Assembly: GCA_963716855.1 (NCBI GenBank)
Contig: CAVQUV010000011.1
Coordinates: forward strand, 64,378 to 128,377
DNA from: an uncultured beta proteobacterium
GTDB taxonomy: Bacteria; Pseudomonadota; Gammaproteobacteria; Burkholderiales; SG8-39
DNA: 64,000 nucleotides
Direction: 5' to 3'
The notes under the pieces were generated by a model. That model was not told where the DNA came from, searched no databases, and saw only the letters and a program-made list of their open reading frames with translations. Every line of letters starts with the position of its first letter. Position 1 is the stretch's first letter. A program made the translations under genes and the position numbers. Shown here piece after piece: positions 21,084-33,018 of this stretch.

Positions 21084-21533
21084 TTAGTAGTTCAGGCCGA
21101 TCGTCAGATCCAGGCTGCGCCCGTCGTACGCGAAGCTGGCGGCAGAGAACGACGGCGCGCCGAGGGAGGCCGTTGCGTCGTTCGAAAAACCGTAGCCTTC
21201 CGTCGGGACCCCCAGCCAGTTTGTGTCGAGTTTGCCGTTCATGTTTTCATCATGAATGACGGCGAGCGCATACGTTCCCGGCGCGATGTCCTCGAAGTCG
21301 CAACGCGCCTGCGTATCCCGAATCTTTATCACCATGATATTAGTTGCGGAGTGCAGAAACTCAGTGGGGAAGCCCTCTGGCGATTCGAAAAGCGCGCAAG
21401 CAACGGCTCCGGTGCTGTTTCTGATGTCCAAAATTTTCACGTGAATTCCGGGGCATGGTGATTGGGCAAGCGCGATGGCGGGAAGACTCGCAAACACCAG
21501 CACTGCAAATACCGCTATGCATCGAACTTCCAT
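21084..21533 (-). CDS. DUF2141 domain secreted protein
   Basis: Start at MEVRCIAVFAVLVFASLPAIALAQ (signal peptide). ..NSTGAVACALFESPEGFP..AVIHDENMNGKLDTNWLGVPTEGYGFSN is typical DUF2141. GC is visibly lower than in the flanks. Confidence 0.75.
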   Translation of the reverse strand: MEVRCIAVFAVLVFASLPAIALAQSPCPGIHVKILDIRNSTGAVACALFESPEGFPTEFLHSATNIMVIKIRDTQARCDFEDIAPGTYALAVIHDENMNGKLDTNWLGVPTEGYGFSNDATASLGAPSFSAASFAYDGRSLDLTIGLNY

Positions 21534-21885
21534 GCGGACCCGCATCGCCGAATCCTTGACTGTGGAGGCCACCGCCGACTTCCGAGTGGTCGATGCATTC
21601 ATGTTCGTCCTCACAGCTGCGTTCTGCTTGGCCCGAGTGGATCACAGCGCAACCCGCGATCACTTCCTGCGATCAGGCGCCTAACTTGTCGGGCTCCGCG
21701 CGCTCGCCCTGTCCAAGCGGTTGCCGCCGCGATTCTGATGATAGCGGCCGAAGCGACCACACCCACAGCAGGTCGGTCGAGGGCCAAAGGCGTATAGTGA
21801 TCACCCTATAGAGGCGCTAGTGGTTCCCACCTCTCCCGCCCCCGACTAGCAACCCCGGGCCGTCGTCCCACTGCGGGAGTTTGCT

Positions 21886-22188
21886 ATGCGTGTCATCGAA
21901 CGAATCACCGGCACCGCCGAGGGCTACGTCCTCGCGGGCACCGTCTCGCGCGACGAAGGCGGCCGGTACGTCGCCGACGCGAAAACCTACCTGCTGACGG
22001 CCGGTCGTCTCAGCCGCCCGCTTCGATCGGTCGCCACGAGTCGAGCGAACGGGCCCGACATTCAGGCCGCGGGGGCTTCGGCCCCGGAGGCGAGGACGCG
22101 GTTATGCACCGAGGCGAAAGAGCGGCTCGGCGCGGCCGTAACCAGCTTCGTGTGGCGCCCGGTGCTGGCTCTGGTGCCGGCCCAGTGA
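21886..22188 (+). CDS. orphan 100-aa protein, paralogue of 60905..61207
   Basis: MRVIERITGTAEGYVLAGTVSRDEGGRYVA...GASAPEARTRLC..AAVTSFVWRPVL. Same length as, and about 60 percent identical to, the second copy. The upstream leader is conserved. Confidence 0.6.
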   Translation: MRVIERITGTAEGYVLAGTVSRDEGGRYVADAKTYLLTAGRLSRPLRSVATSRANGPDIQAAGASAPEARTRLCTEAKERLGAAVTSFVWRPVLALVPAQ

Positions 22189-22345
22189 GATCCGGTGAGC
22201 CCACCGGAGCGCTCGCGCCGTCGGTCGTCCGCCGCCGAAATCCGGGGCGCTTCTGATCCCGACCACTCGATCGTCATCGCACCGCAGCCTCCGCCGCGCA
22301 AGCCGAAGACCGCATTCCGCCCAGACGTGGGGTAGAAGAGCCCGG

Positions 22346-25300
22346 CTGAGATCGGCCGTTCTGCGCGCATTCGGGCGCGCGTCGCCGGACGCCCCGTGGG
22401 ATAACGACCGGTCCATCCGCGAGGAGCTCTTCGGTGTCGAGCGCCTCGAGCAGCATGCCGAGAGCCTTGCGGCGGCCCAGCCCGTCACCCCGATGCCGAC
22501 GACCGGGCGATCCCTCGCCGCGCGGCTGAAGGACAACGAGTCGGTTCTCCTCGAAGCGTATCGCGCCATCGCAAAGGCGGTCGGCGAAAGTCGCGCAATC
22601 ACGCCGGCCGCCGAGTGGCTGCTCGACAACTACCACCTCGTCGAAGAACAGATCCGCGAAATTCGCGACGATCTGCCGCCCGGCTACTACCGGCAATTGC
22701 CGAAGCTGGCCGCCGGACCGTTCGCCGGCTATCCGCGGGTGTTCGGCGTGGCGTGGGCCTTCGTCGCTCATACGGACAGCCGCTTCGACCCCGAGATGCT
22801 GCGCCGGTTCGTGCGCGCCTACCAGCGCGTTCAGCCGCTGACGATCGGGGAGCTGTGGGCGGTCGCGATCACGCTGCGAATCGTGCTCGTCGAGAACCTT
22901 CGCCGCAGCGCGCGCCGCATCGTGACGAGCCGCGCCGCGCGCCAGGAAGCAGACGCCTTGGCCGACCGGCTCCTGGGCGTGAACGCGCATGCGGCCGACG
23001 CGGCCGACCCGGTCGCCCTGCTCTGCTCTGCGCGATTACGAGCAGGCCCCCCTGCCGGAAGCGTTTGCCGTCCAGCTCGTGCAGCGGCTGCGGGACCAGG
23101 ATCCGCGGGTGACGCCGGCCCTGACGTGGCTCGAGGCTCGCCTCGCCGCGCAGGGAACGACCGCGGACGAGATGGTGCGCGACGAGCACCAGCGACAGGG
23201 CGCGACGAACGTGACGGTCCGCAACGTCATCACGAGCATGCGGCTGATCTCCGACGTCGACTGGCCGGCGCTCGTCGAGAGCGTCAGTCTCGTCGACGAC
23301 GCGCTGCGTTCCGGCAGCGACTTCGCGGCGATGGATTTTCCGACGCGCAACCTTTATCGGAGCGCAATCGAGGAGCTTGCGCGTGGTTCGGCGCTGAGCG
23401 AACTCGAGATTGCGCGTGCGGCGCTGTCGACCGCAAGCGCTCGCGGCGGCCGCGAGCGGGACCCGGGCTATCACCTGATTGCGGGGGGTCGCCGGGCGTT
23501 CGAGGGGACGGTCGGATTTCGTCCTCCCATTGGGAACTGGCTGGGTCGCTTCAATGCGACGATCGGTATCGGCGGCTATATCGGCGCCGTCATCGTCGTC
23601 GCCGCGGCCGTTCTCCTCCTGCCGTTGTTCGCGTTGTCCGGTGCGAATATCGGCGGCGAGTGGCTCGGTCTGCTCGCGCTCCTCGGGCTGATCCCCTCCA
23701 TCGATGCCGCGATGGCGCTCGTGAACCGCGGCGTCACGAAAGGGTTCGGTGCGTCGATCCTGCCGGGCCTCGAGCTGCGCGACGGCGTCCCTGCGCCGCT
23801 GCGCACCGTCGTGGCCGTTCCGATCCTGCTCACGACGCAGGCCGCAATCGAAGAGCAGATCGAGCGGCTGGAAATTCATTACCTCGCCAGCCCGGAGGGC
23901 GAGTTCTACTTCGCACTGCTGTCGGACTGGACGGACGCCGCGACCGAGACCGTCGAGGGTGATGCGGCGCTCGTCAGCGCGGTGGCCGCGGGCATCGAAG
24001 GCCTCAATCGCCGCTATGGACCTGCACCCGGCGGGCCGCGCTTCTTCCTGTTGCATCGCCGGCGGATCTGGAATCCAGGGCAGTCGCGGTGGATCGGATG
24101 GGAACGCAAGCGCGGCAAGCTGCATGAGCTGAACCGGCTGCTCCGCGGCGCGACCGATACGACCTTCGTCGGTAACGGCGCCGCGCCCTTTGCCCCGCCT
24201 CCCGCTCCGCCCGCCGGCGTCCGCTACGTCATCACGCTCGACGCCGATACCCGGATGCCGCGGGAAACGGCCCGGCGGCTGGTCGGCAAGATGGCGCACC
24301 CGCTGAACCAACCGCGGTTCGATGCCGGCACGCGACGGGTCGTCGAGGGCTACGGCGTGCTGCAGCCGCGCGTCACGCCGTCGCTGCCGATCGGCCGCGA
24401 GGGGTCGCTCTTCCAGCGCATCTTCTCCAGCACGAACGGCATCGATCCCTACGCCGCCGCCGTCTCCGACGTGTATCAGGATCTCTGCGGCGAGGGCTCC
24501 TACACCGGCAAGGGCATCTACGACGTGGATGCCTTCGAAGCGGCGCTCGAGGGCCGCGTGCCCGATAGCACGCTGCTCAGTCACGACCTGTTCGAAGGCA
24601 CCTTCGCCCGCGCCGGCCTTGCGTCCGATATCGAGGTCGTGGAGGAGTTTCCGTCACGCTACGACGTCGCGGCGGCGCGCCAGCACCGCTGGGTGCGCGG
24701 CGACTGGCAGCTGTTGTCATGGATTCTCGGCCGCGGCGATGCCGCGACCGGCGCACGGGGCAAGCGTGCGCTGCCGCTGATCGGCCGCTGGAAAATGCTG
24801 GATAACCTGCGCCGCTCGCTGTCCGCGCCGGCGAGCGTCGCCGCCTTGATCGCGGGATGGACACTGCCCCTGCAGGCGGCCGTCGTCTGGACCGGCTTCA
24901 TCCTGTCGACGATCGCGCTGTCGACGCTGATCCCCGTGCTCTCCGCGATCGTGCCGCGCCGCACCCGGATCACGGCACGCAGCCACCTGCGCGCCCTCGC
25001 CGCCGATGTCCGGCTCGCCCTGTCCCTGACCGCACTGCTGGTCGTATTCCTGGCTCACCAGGCCTGGTTGATGACGGATGCGATCGGGAGGACGCTGTTT
25101 CGTCTCCTCGTGAGCCACCGGCACCTGCTCGACTGGGTCACGGCCGCTCAGGCGACCATCGGCCCCCGGCTCGACCTCGCGGGGTTCTATCGCCAGATGA
25201 GCGGTGGCGTCGCCATCGCGGTCGTTGCCGCAATCGTCGTCGGCTGGGTCGGGAGCGACGCCTGGCTCGTGGCGGCGCCGTTCGTGATCGCCTGGCTCGC

Positions 25301-28300
25301 AGCGCCGGCCATCGCGCGCTGGACGAGCCTTTCGCCGCTCGTGGCGGGGCGCGTGTCGGTCTCGGCCGCGGACGCCCGCGCGCTGCGGCGGATCGCGCGC
25401 CGCACCTGGCGCTTCTTCGAGACCTTCGTGACGGCGGCGGACCACATGTTGCCGCCGGACAATTTCCAGGAAGAGCCGAAGCCGGCCGTCGCGCACCGCA
25501 CCTCCCCCACCAACCTCGGCCTCTACCTCCTCGCCGCCGTCAGCGCCCGCGATTTCGGATGGGCCGGGACCACCGAAACCGTCGACCGGCTGGAGGCGAC
25601 TCTCGCGACGATGGGTGGCCTGCAGCGGTTCCGCGGGCACTTCTACAACTGGTACGACACGCGGGATCTTCGCCCCCTGGATCCGCGCTACGTCTCGTCG
25701 GTGGACAGCGGCAATCTGGCCGGACACCTCATCGCGCTTGCGAACGCCTGCCGGGAGTGGATCGGCCGACCCGTAGCGAGCGCCGACCTCGTCGCCGGCG
25801 TCGACGACGCCCTGCAGCTCGCGCGCGAATCCCTGGAAGGACTGCCCGACGACCGGCGAACGCAGACGATCACCCGGCAGCAACTTGGCGATGCGCTCGA
25901 TGCGCTCGCTGCCGCGCTGTGGCAGGCACCGATCCCCGCCGCGGACATGGGTGCACGACTGGCGGAGATCGCGCCGCACGCCGCGACGATGGCGGACATC
26001 GCCCGCACGCTCGCCAGCGAACGCGGCGACGACGCCGGCGCCGAACTGCTGTTCTGGGCGGAGGCGACGCTGGGATCGATCGAGAGTCACCGCCGCGACG
26101 TTGCCGCCGCCGGCGACGCCGCGCGCGCCCTGGAACGCCGTCTCGCGACGCTCGCGGCGACGGCCCGATCGATGGCGGTCGCAATGGAGTTCGGGTTTCT
26201 CGTCGACCCGGATCGCAAGCTCCTCTCGATCGGCTACCGGGTCGCGGAGGGCGATCTCGATCCGAGCTGCTACGACCTGCTCGCCTCGGAGGCCCGTCTC
26301 GCGAGCTTCGTCGCGATCGCCAAGGGCGACGTGGCCTCGCGGCACTGGTTCCGGCTCGGTCGCGCCGTCACCCCGGTCGGACGCGGCGCCGCGCTGATCT
26401 CCTGGTCGGGATCGATGTTCGAGTACCTGATGCCCTCGCTCGTCATGCGCGCGCCGGCCGGCAGTCTGCTCGAGCAGACGAGCCGCCTCGTCGTTCGGCG
26501 GCAGATCGCCTATGGCGACGCGCTCGGTGTGCCCTGGGGGGTTTCGGAATCCGCGTACAACGTCCGCGACCTGGAGTTCACCTATCAGTATTCGAACTTC
26601 GGCGTCCCGGGGCTGGGCTTGAAACGCGGTCTCGGCGAGAACGCCGTCGTCGCGCCTTACGCGACGGCGCTCGCGGCCATGGTCGATCCGGGCGCCGCGG
26701 CGCGGAACTTCGACCGGCTCGCGGCCGTCGGCGCGCGCGGCCGTTACGGCTTCTACGAGGCCCTCGACTACACGCCCACGCGTCTGCCCGAGGGGAAGGA
26801 CGTCGCGATCGTCCGTGCCTTCATGGCGCACCATCAGGGCATGACGGTCGTCGCCCTCGCGAACGGTCTCCTGGACGGGGCGATGCGGGCGCGGTTTCAT
26901 GCCGAGCCGATCGTGCAGGCGACGGAGCTGCTGCTGCAGGAACGCACGCCGCGCGATGTCGCGGTGGCACATCCCCGGGCGGAAGAAGTCGCGACGGCCG
27001 CGACGGTCCGCGACCTGGAGCTGCCGGCGGTGCGACGGCTCCACTCCGCGCACGACGCCACGCCGCAGGCGCACCTGCTTTCGAACGGCCGGTACGCGGT
27101 GATGCTGACGGGCGCCGGCTCCGGGTACAGTCGCTGGGGCGACATCGGGATCACGCGCTGGCGCGAGGACGTCACCCGGGACGACTGGGGCGCCTACGTC
27201 TTCCTGCGCGACGTGCAGAGCGGTGACGTGTGGTCCGCGGGCTACCAGCCGAGCGGCGTCGAACCGGACCGCTACGACGTCACGTTCACCGAGGATCGTG
27301 CCGAGTTCATCCGGCGCGACGGATCGATCACCACGACGCTCGAGGTCGTCGTCTCGCCGGAGGACAACGCGGAGGTGCGCCGCGTCTCCGTCGCGAACTC
27401 GAGCAGCCGGGCGCGGGACATCGAGCTGACTTCGTACGCCGAACTCGTGCTGGCGCCGAGCGCGGCGGACGCGTCGCATCCGGCCTTTTCCAAGCTCTTC
27501 GTGCAAACCGAGTATCTCGCCAGGCTCGGCGCCATCCTGGCGACGCGGCGGCGTCGCTCCCCCGACGAGCCGGAGATCTGGGCCGCGCATCTCGCCGTCG
27601 TCGAAGGCGAAGCGGTGGGCGAGCCCGAGATCGAAACCGACCGGGCGCGCTTCCTCGGCCGCGGGCGCGAGGTCCGCGCGCCGATCGCCGTCATGGACGG
27701 ACGGCCGCTTTCCAACACCGTCGGCACGGTGCTCGATCCGATCTTCGCGCTGCGCCGCCGCGTGCGGGTGCCGCCGGGCAGGACGGTGCGCATTGCATTC
27801 TGGACGGTCGCCGCGACGTCCCGCGCTGAGGTACTGGACCTGATCGACAAGCATCACGACGCAACGGCCTTTGAGCGCGCCGCCACGCTGGCGTGGACCC
27901 AGGCGCAGGTGCAATTGAGTCACCTCGGCATCGACGCGGAGGAAGCGGGCCTCTTTCAGCGTCTCGCGGGCCACGTGCTGTACGCCGATCCGTCGCTGCG
28001 CCCTTCGTCCGACGCCATCCGCCGTGGCGGCGCCGGGCCGGAGGCGCTGTGGGCGCAGGGCATCTCCGGCGACCTGCCGATCGTGCTGGTGCGGATCGAC
28101 AGCACCGAGGACATCGCCATCGTCCGCCAGTTGCTGTGCGCCCACGAGTACTGGCGGATGAAGCAGCTCGCCGTCGATCTCGTGATCCTGAACGAGCGCG
28201 GATCGTCCTATATCCAGGATCTTCAGACCGCCCTGGAGACGCTCGTCCGGACGAGCCGTTCCCGACCGCAGATGGCGGTGGACCCCGCGCACGGCGGCGT

Positions 28301-30913
28301 ATTCGTACTGCGTGCCGATCTCGTTCCGGCCGAGACACGCGCCCTTCTGCTCTCCATGGCCCGCGCGGTGCTCGTGGCACGGCGCGGCACGCTCTCCGAG
28401 CAGCTCGAGAGTCCCCGGCAAGACGATTCGGCGCGACGCGCCCTCCCGGGCGCGTACCGTCCGAAGGCCTTCCGCAGACCGTTCCGGTGCCGCCGGACCT
28501 GGAGTTCTTCAACGGGCTCGGCGGATTCGCCGGGGACGGCCGCGAGTACGTGACGATCCTTGGCGCCGGGCGGTCGATCGCCGGCGCCGTGGATCAACGT
28601 CGTCGCCAACCCCGGTTTCGGGTTTCAGGTCGCGGTCGAGGGCAGCGGCTACACGTGGTCGCTCGGCAGTCGCGAGAATCAGCTCACGCCCTGGTCGAAC
28701 GACCCGGTCACCGATCGGCCGGGCGAGGCGCTCTATGTGCGCGACGAGGACTCGGGCGCGCTGTGGGGGCCGACGGCCCTGCCGATTCGTCACGAGGCCG
28801 CACCCTACGTCGCCCGGCACGGCCAGGGCTACAGCCGCTTCGAGCACACCGCGCACGGCATCGCGCTCGATCTCCTCCAGTTCGTGCCGCTCGAGGATCC
28901 GATCAAGATCTCGCGGCTGACGATCCGGAACCTGTCGGCGCGCACCCGTCGACTCTCGGTCACGGCCTATGTCGAGTGGGTGCTCGGCCCGTCCCGCAGC
29001 GCGTCCGCACTCTCGGTCGTGACGGAGATCGATCCGGAGACCGGCGCGATGTTCGCGCGCAATCCCTGGAACACGACGTTCGGCGCGCGTGTCGCGTTCG
29101 CGGATCTGGGCGGACGCCAGACCGCCTGGACGGGCGACCGGCGCGAATTCCTGGGGCGCAACGGCACGCTCGACAACCCGGCCGCGCTTGCCGGAGACAC
29201 GGCCCTCTCGCAGCGGGTCGGCGCGGGCCTCGATCCGTGCGGTGCGCTGCAGGCCCCGGTCGAGCTCAAGCCGGGCCGCACGGTGGAGATCGTCTTCCTC
29301 CTCGGCGAGGCGGCGACGGCCGCCGATGCGCAAGCCCTGATCGCTCGCTACCGGGTCGCCGATCTCGATGCGGTGCTGCGCGAGGTCGTCGCGCATTGGG
29401 ACGATGTGCTCGGCACGGTGCAGGTGAAAACGCCGGACCGGTCGATGGACCTCATGCTGAATCGGTGGCTGCTCTATCAGACGCTCGCCTGCCGCGTGTG
29501 GGCGCGCGTCGGCGTTCTACCAGGCGAGCGGCGCGTACGGTTTCCGCGACCAGCTCCAGGACGGCATGGCGCTCGCGCTGTCGCGACCGGCGCTGACGCG
29601 CGCGCATCTCCTGCGCGCCGCGGCCCGCCAGTTCGTCGAAGGCGATGTCCAGCACTGGTGGCTGCCGCCGTCCGGACAGGGCGTGCGCACCCGGATCTCA
29701 GACGATCGGGTCTGGCTCGCCTATGCCGCCGCGCACTACGTCGAGACCGACCGGCGACGCTCGCGGTGCTGGACGAGCCGGTTCCGTTCCTCGAAGGCCA
29801 GGCGCTGCGGCCGGGCGAGCACGACGCCTACTTCCAGCCCATGGTCGCCGACGAGAGCGCGCGCTCTTCGAGCACTGCGCGCGCGGGCTCGATCAGAGTC
29901 TCGGCCGTCGGCGCGCACGGCCTGCCGCTGATCGGCACGGGCGACTGGAACGACGGCATGAACCGCGTCGGTGAGCACGGCAAAGGCGAAAGCGTCTGGC
30001 TCGGCTGGTTCCTGCACGCGACGCTGACGGCGTTTGCGCCGCTCGCGAAGGCGCGCGGCGAAGAGGCGCGCGGCCGCAGTGGCTCGCGCACGCGGCCGCA
30101 CTGCGAACCGCGCTCGAGCAAGACGGCTGGGACGGCGACTGGTACCGGCGCGGCTACTTCGACGACGGCACGCCGCTCGGTTCGGCCACGAGCGAGGAAT
30201 GCCGGATCGACTCGATCGCGCAATCGTGGAGCGTGCTCTCGGGGGCGGCGCGAGCCGACGCGTGCCGTGCGTGCGATGGCTGCCATGGACGAGCAGCTCA
30301 TTCGTCGCGACGAAGGTCTGGCGCTGCTGTTCACGCCGCCGTTCGATCGCACGCCGCTCGATCCGGGTTACATCAAGGGCTATCCGCCGGGCATCCGCGA
30401 GAACGGCGGCCAGTACACGCACGCCGCCGATCTGGTCGGTGATCGCCTTCGCGCGCTGGGCAACGGCGACAAGGCGCGAGCTATTCTGCGATGCTGAATC
30501 CGATCAATCGCACGAGCACGCGCGGCGGCGTCGCAACGCTACAAGGTCGAGCCATACGTAGTCGCCGCCGACGTCTACTCGGTCGCCCCGCACGTTGGGC
30601 GCGGCGGCTGGACGTGGTACACGGGCTCGGCCGGTTGGCTGTATCGCGCCGGCCTCGAAGCCATTCTCGGTTTTCGCTTGCAGGGCGCGGTGCTGTCCCT
30701 GGCGCCCTGCATCCCGAAGGCGTGGCCGCGCTTCGAAATTACGTCTTCATGTACCGCTCGGCGCGCTACGAGATCGCGGTCGAGAATCCCAACGGGGTCA
30801 ACCGTGGTGTCGCGCACGCGGAGTTGGACGGCACGACGCTGACCGATGGCGCGACGCGAGTTCCGCTCGCGGATGACGGTCAGGTCCACACGGTACGCGT
30901 GATTCTCGGGTAG
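22346..30913 (+). pseudogene. ndvB: cyclic beta-1,2-glucan synthase (NdvB/ChvB/Cgs type: GT84 glycosyltransferase plus GH94 phosphorylase), multiple frameshifts, start unresolved
   Basis: Readable from ..WDNDRSIREELFGVERLEQHAESLAAAQ (22397 onward), through 6 TM segments and the GT domain, to the GH94 end ..GGWTWYTGSAGWLYRAGLEAILGF...YEIAVENPNG..VHTVRVILG stop at 30913. There is one frame change near 23025-23040, none from 23040 to 28430, and about 15 between 28430 and 30745. No ATG/GTG/TTG lies in frame upstream of 22493 (only CTG at 22346). Confidence 0.85.
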
Positions 30914-31071
30914 GACCTGCTCGTCCAGCGATCGGCCTTCCCGCCATGCCTTGCCCCGGCGGCGCGTCGCGCGGAACATAGGGCACTACGCCCGAATGAA
31001 AGGCGAGGCGCGTGCCTGCAGGGGCAACCGGATTTCCCGCCGCGCCCGCGTCCGACATTGAGGACTACGCG

Positions 31072-31944
31072 ATGAAGACCTTTCACATCGACTGCGAACT
31101 CGACTATGACGTCCCTCAGCAGTCGCTATTCGTGTTCAATCTCGGCGTCCCGTCCACGCCCGCTCAACGCGTCGTTGCCGAGACGGTCTCGACCACGCCG
31201 GCCAACCCGCTGGACGAGTTTCGCGACGAGAGCGGGCGCAACCGCTTCTTCCGGGTCGATGTTCCCCCGGGGCAATTCAATATCCGCTATCTCGCGACGG
31301 TTGAGGTGCAGGCGCCCGACTGCGACACGTCTGCGCGCGAGACGCCGCTCGCGAAGGTGCCGGGCGAGGTGCTCTCCTACGTTCAGGGAAGTCGCTATTG
31401 CGAAGTCGAAGCGCTCTACGACTTCGCCGTCCGGACGTTCGGGAACATGCCGCCCGGATATCAGCGCGTGCAATCGATCTGCCACTGGGTCAAGGAAAAC
31501 GTCGATTACCGGCTAGGATCGTCGACGACGACCTACAGCGCGCGCGACGTGCTGGCCAACCGCGCCGGGGTCTGTCGCGACTTCGCCCATCTCGTCATTG
31601 CACTGTGCCGTGCACTGAACATCCCCGCAAGATTCGTCACTGCGTATACCAAGTACGAGGAGCCGCCCCAGGACTTTCATGCGGTGGTCGAGGCATTCCT
31701 CGGCGATCGATGGTGCCTCTTCGACCCGACTGAACTGGCTTCGATCTCCGATCTGGTCCGGCTCGGAACCGGGCGCGATGCTTCGGACGTGCCCTTTGCA
31801 ACGTTCTTCGGGGCCGCCCGCCTCAGGCGTCTCAGCCCTCTGGTGGAGCCGGCGAGCGGAGACGAGACGCTCGTCTCCCTGCAAACCGCGAATTCTGGAA
31901 TCCTGCTGACACCGGAAGCGTTGCGCACCGAACGCGCACTTTAG
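31072..31944 (+). CDS. transglutaminase-like cysteine peptidase family protein
   Basis: Start MKTFHIDCELDY after GAGGA. Catalytic core GVCRDFAHLVIALCRALNIPARFV..H..VEAFL..W..FDPT. Confidence 0.85.
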   Translation: MKTFHIDCELDYDVPQQSLFVFNLGVPSTPAQRVVAETVSTTPANPLDEFRDESGRNRFFRVDVPPGQFNIRYLATVEVQAPDCDTSARETPLAKVPGEVLSYVQGSRYCEVEALYDFAVRTFGNMPPGYQRVQSICHWVKENVDYRLGSSTTTYSARDVLANRAGVCRDFAHLVIALCRALNIPARFVTAYTKYEEPPQDFHAVVEAFLGDRWCLFDPTELASISDLVRLGTGRDASDVPFATFFGAARLRRLSPLVEPASGDETLVSLQTANSGILLTPEALRTERAL

Positions 31945-32042
31945 GCGCTCTCTGCACAAGTCCCCGATGGGCGGGACTGCTGCGCGAGCGAGGCGTCGTG
32001 GCATTGCCGTCGGATCGAGGTAGCCGCCTGTTCAACACCCCC

Positions 32043-32717
32043 CTAGATCACGCTCGCAATGATGTTGATGCTGAGCGCGAGCACGGCGATGTTGAACATG
32101 AACGCAAGGACGCCGTGGATCGTCGTCAGCCGGCGCATGCTGCGCGAGGCCACCGCGACATCCGACACCTGCGAGGTCATCCCGACCACGAACGCGTAGT
32201 ACGCGAAATCGAGGTAGTCGGGCTCGCGGCCGCCCGGAAACTGAAGGGAGGCGGTGGCTGCGGGCTGACCGTGCGGGCCGGCGTAGTAGCGGTGGGCGTA
32301 GTGGAACGCGAACACCGTCTGGATCAGCAGCCACGACGAGACCAGCGCGGTGATGGTCAGCATGAGGTGCCAGGCGCGAGCCCAGAACGGGAGGTCCCGG
32401 ATGGTGCCGGCGACGAACCCGATGGCGACGATGCTGGCGCATGCCGCACCCACCACGAACAGAAATATGACGTAGCCGCTCTGATCCTGGCTCAGCGCAT
32501 GGTCGCGCGTGGCCCGCGCGTCGGTCCGCCCGATGAGCATCCACGCGAGACCGAGGTAGGCCAGCGCGCCGAGATCCCAGCTCGCGACGGCGCGCGTGTG
32601 CCACGAGATCGAGTCCGGCTGCACGACGAACGCGACGACGGCCACGACCAACGCCATTCCCAGGCGTCCCTTTGCCCCGAAACGGGCGATCCACGACGAA
32701 TTGCTCAGATCACCCAT
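32043..32717 (-). CDS. DUF1345 membrane protein
   Basis: 224 aa with 5-6 TM segments. FHYAHRYY and LDFAYYAFVVGMTSQVSDV blocks are typical of DUF1345. Confidence 0.8.
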   Translation of the reverse strand: MGDLSNSSWIARFGAKGRLGMALVVAVVAFVVQPDSISWHTRAVASWDLGALAYLGLAWMLIGRTDARATRDHALSQDQSGYVIFLFVVGAACASIVAIGFVAGTIRDLPFWARAWHLMLTITALVSSWLLIQTVFAFHYAHRYYAGPHGQPAATASLQFPGGREPDYLDFAYYAFVVGMTSQVSDVAVASRSMRRLTTIHGVLAFMFNIAVLALSINIIASVI

Positions 32718-32886
32718 GCGTGCTCCCGATCCAGGGTGCGATAGCGTACAGACAGACCTCGACTAGAGAGAGGAAATTGACGGTGGCGCGCACACGGCGT
32801 GTCGGTGTTGGGTTTCCGGTCGTGATTGGCGCCGATGCCGATTCGAGGTCTGCCACGTTGTTGCCTTTACCTTAAGGAAGATGATC

Positions 32887-33018
32887 ATGATCCACAAGTT
32901 TCTTGCCATAGCTGTCGCCGCATTAATCGCGCTGCTTGCTGGCTGCCACACGATGGACGGTTTTGGACAGGACGTGGAGCGCGGTGGCCAAAAGATTCAG
33001 GACAAGGCCAACAAGTAG
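32887..33018 (+). CDS. entericidin EcnA/B-family lipoprotein (43 aa)
   Basis: MIHKFLAIAVAALIALLAGCHTMDGFGQDVERGGQKIQDKANK with lipobox LAGC. AAGGAAG SD upstream (an alternative ATG at 32881 is too close to the SD). Below the ORF-track cutoff. Confidence 0.75.
   Translation: MIHKFLAIAVAALIALLAGCHTMDGFGQDVERGGQKIQDKANK

Noticed and set aside
24717-28421. Very long antisense ORFs: this 1234-aa one, and also 388-1419(-), 3751-5715(+), 22869-24584(-), 46798-48228(+), 48235-49785(+) and 51991-54189(-).
   Set aside because: These are typical GC-rich shadow ORFs. They have Arg/Ala/Gly/Pro-dominated low-complexity translations, no recognisable motifs and no SD. Each lies opposite a gene with strong family signatures.
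13750-30745. Programmed ribosomal frameshifting or transcriptional slippage as an explanation for the frame changes.
   Set aside because: There are far too many events, dozens in both directions. I saw no slippery heptamers or stimulatory structures at the junctions. Several junctions fall in short G/C homopolymers, as expected for indel errors.
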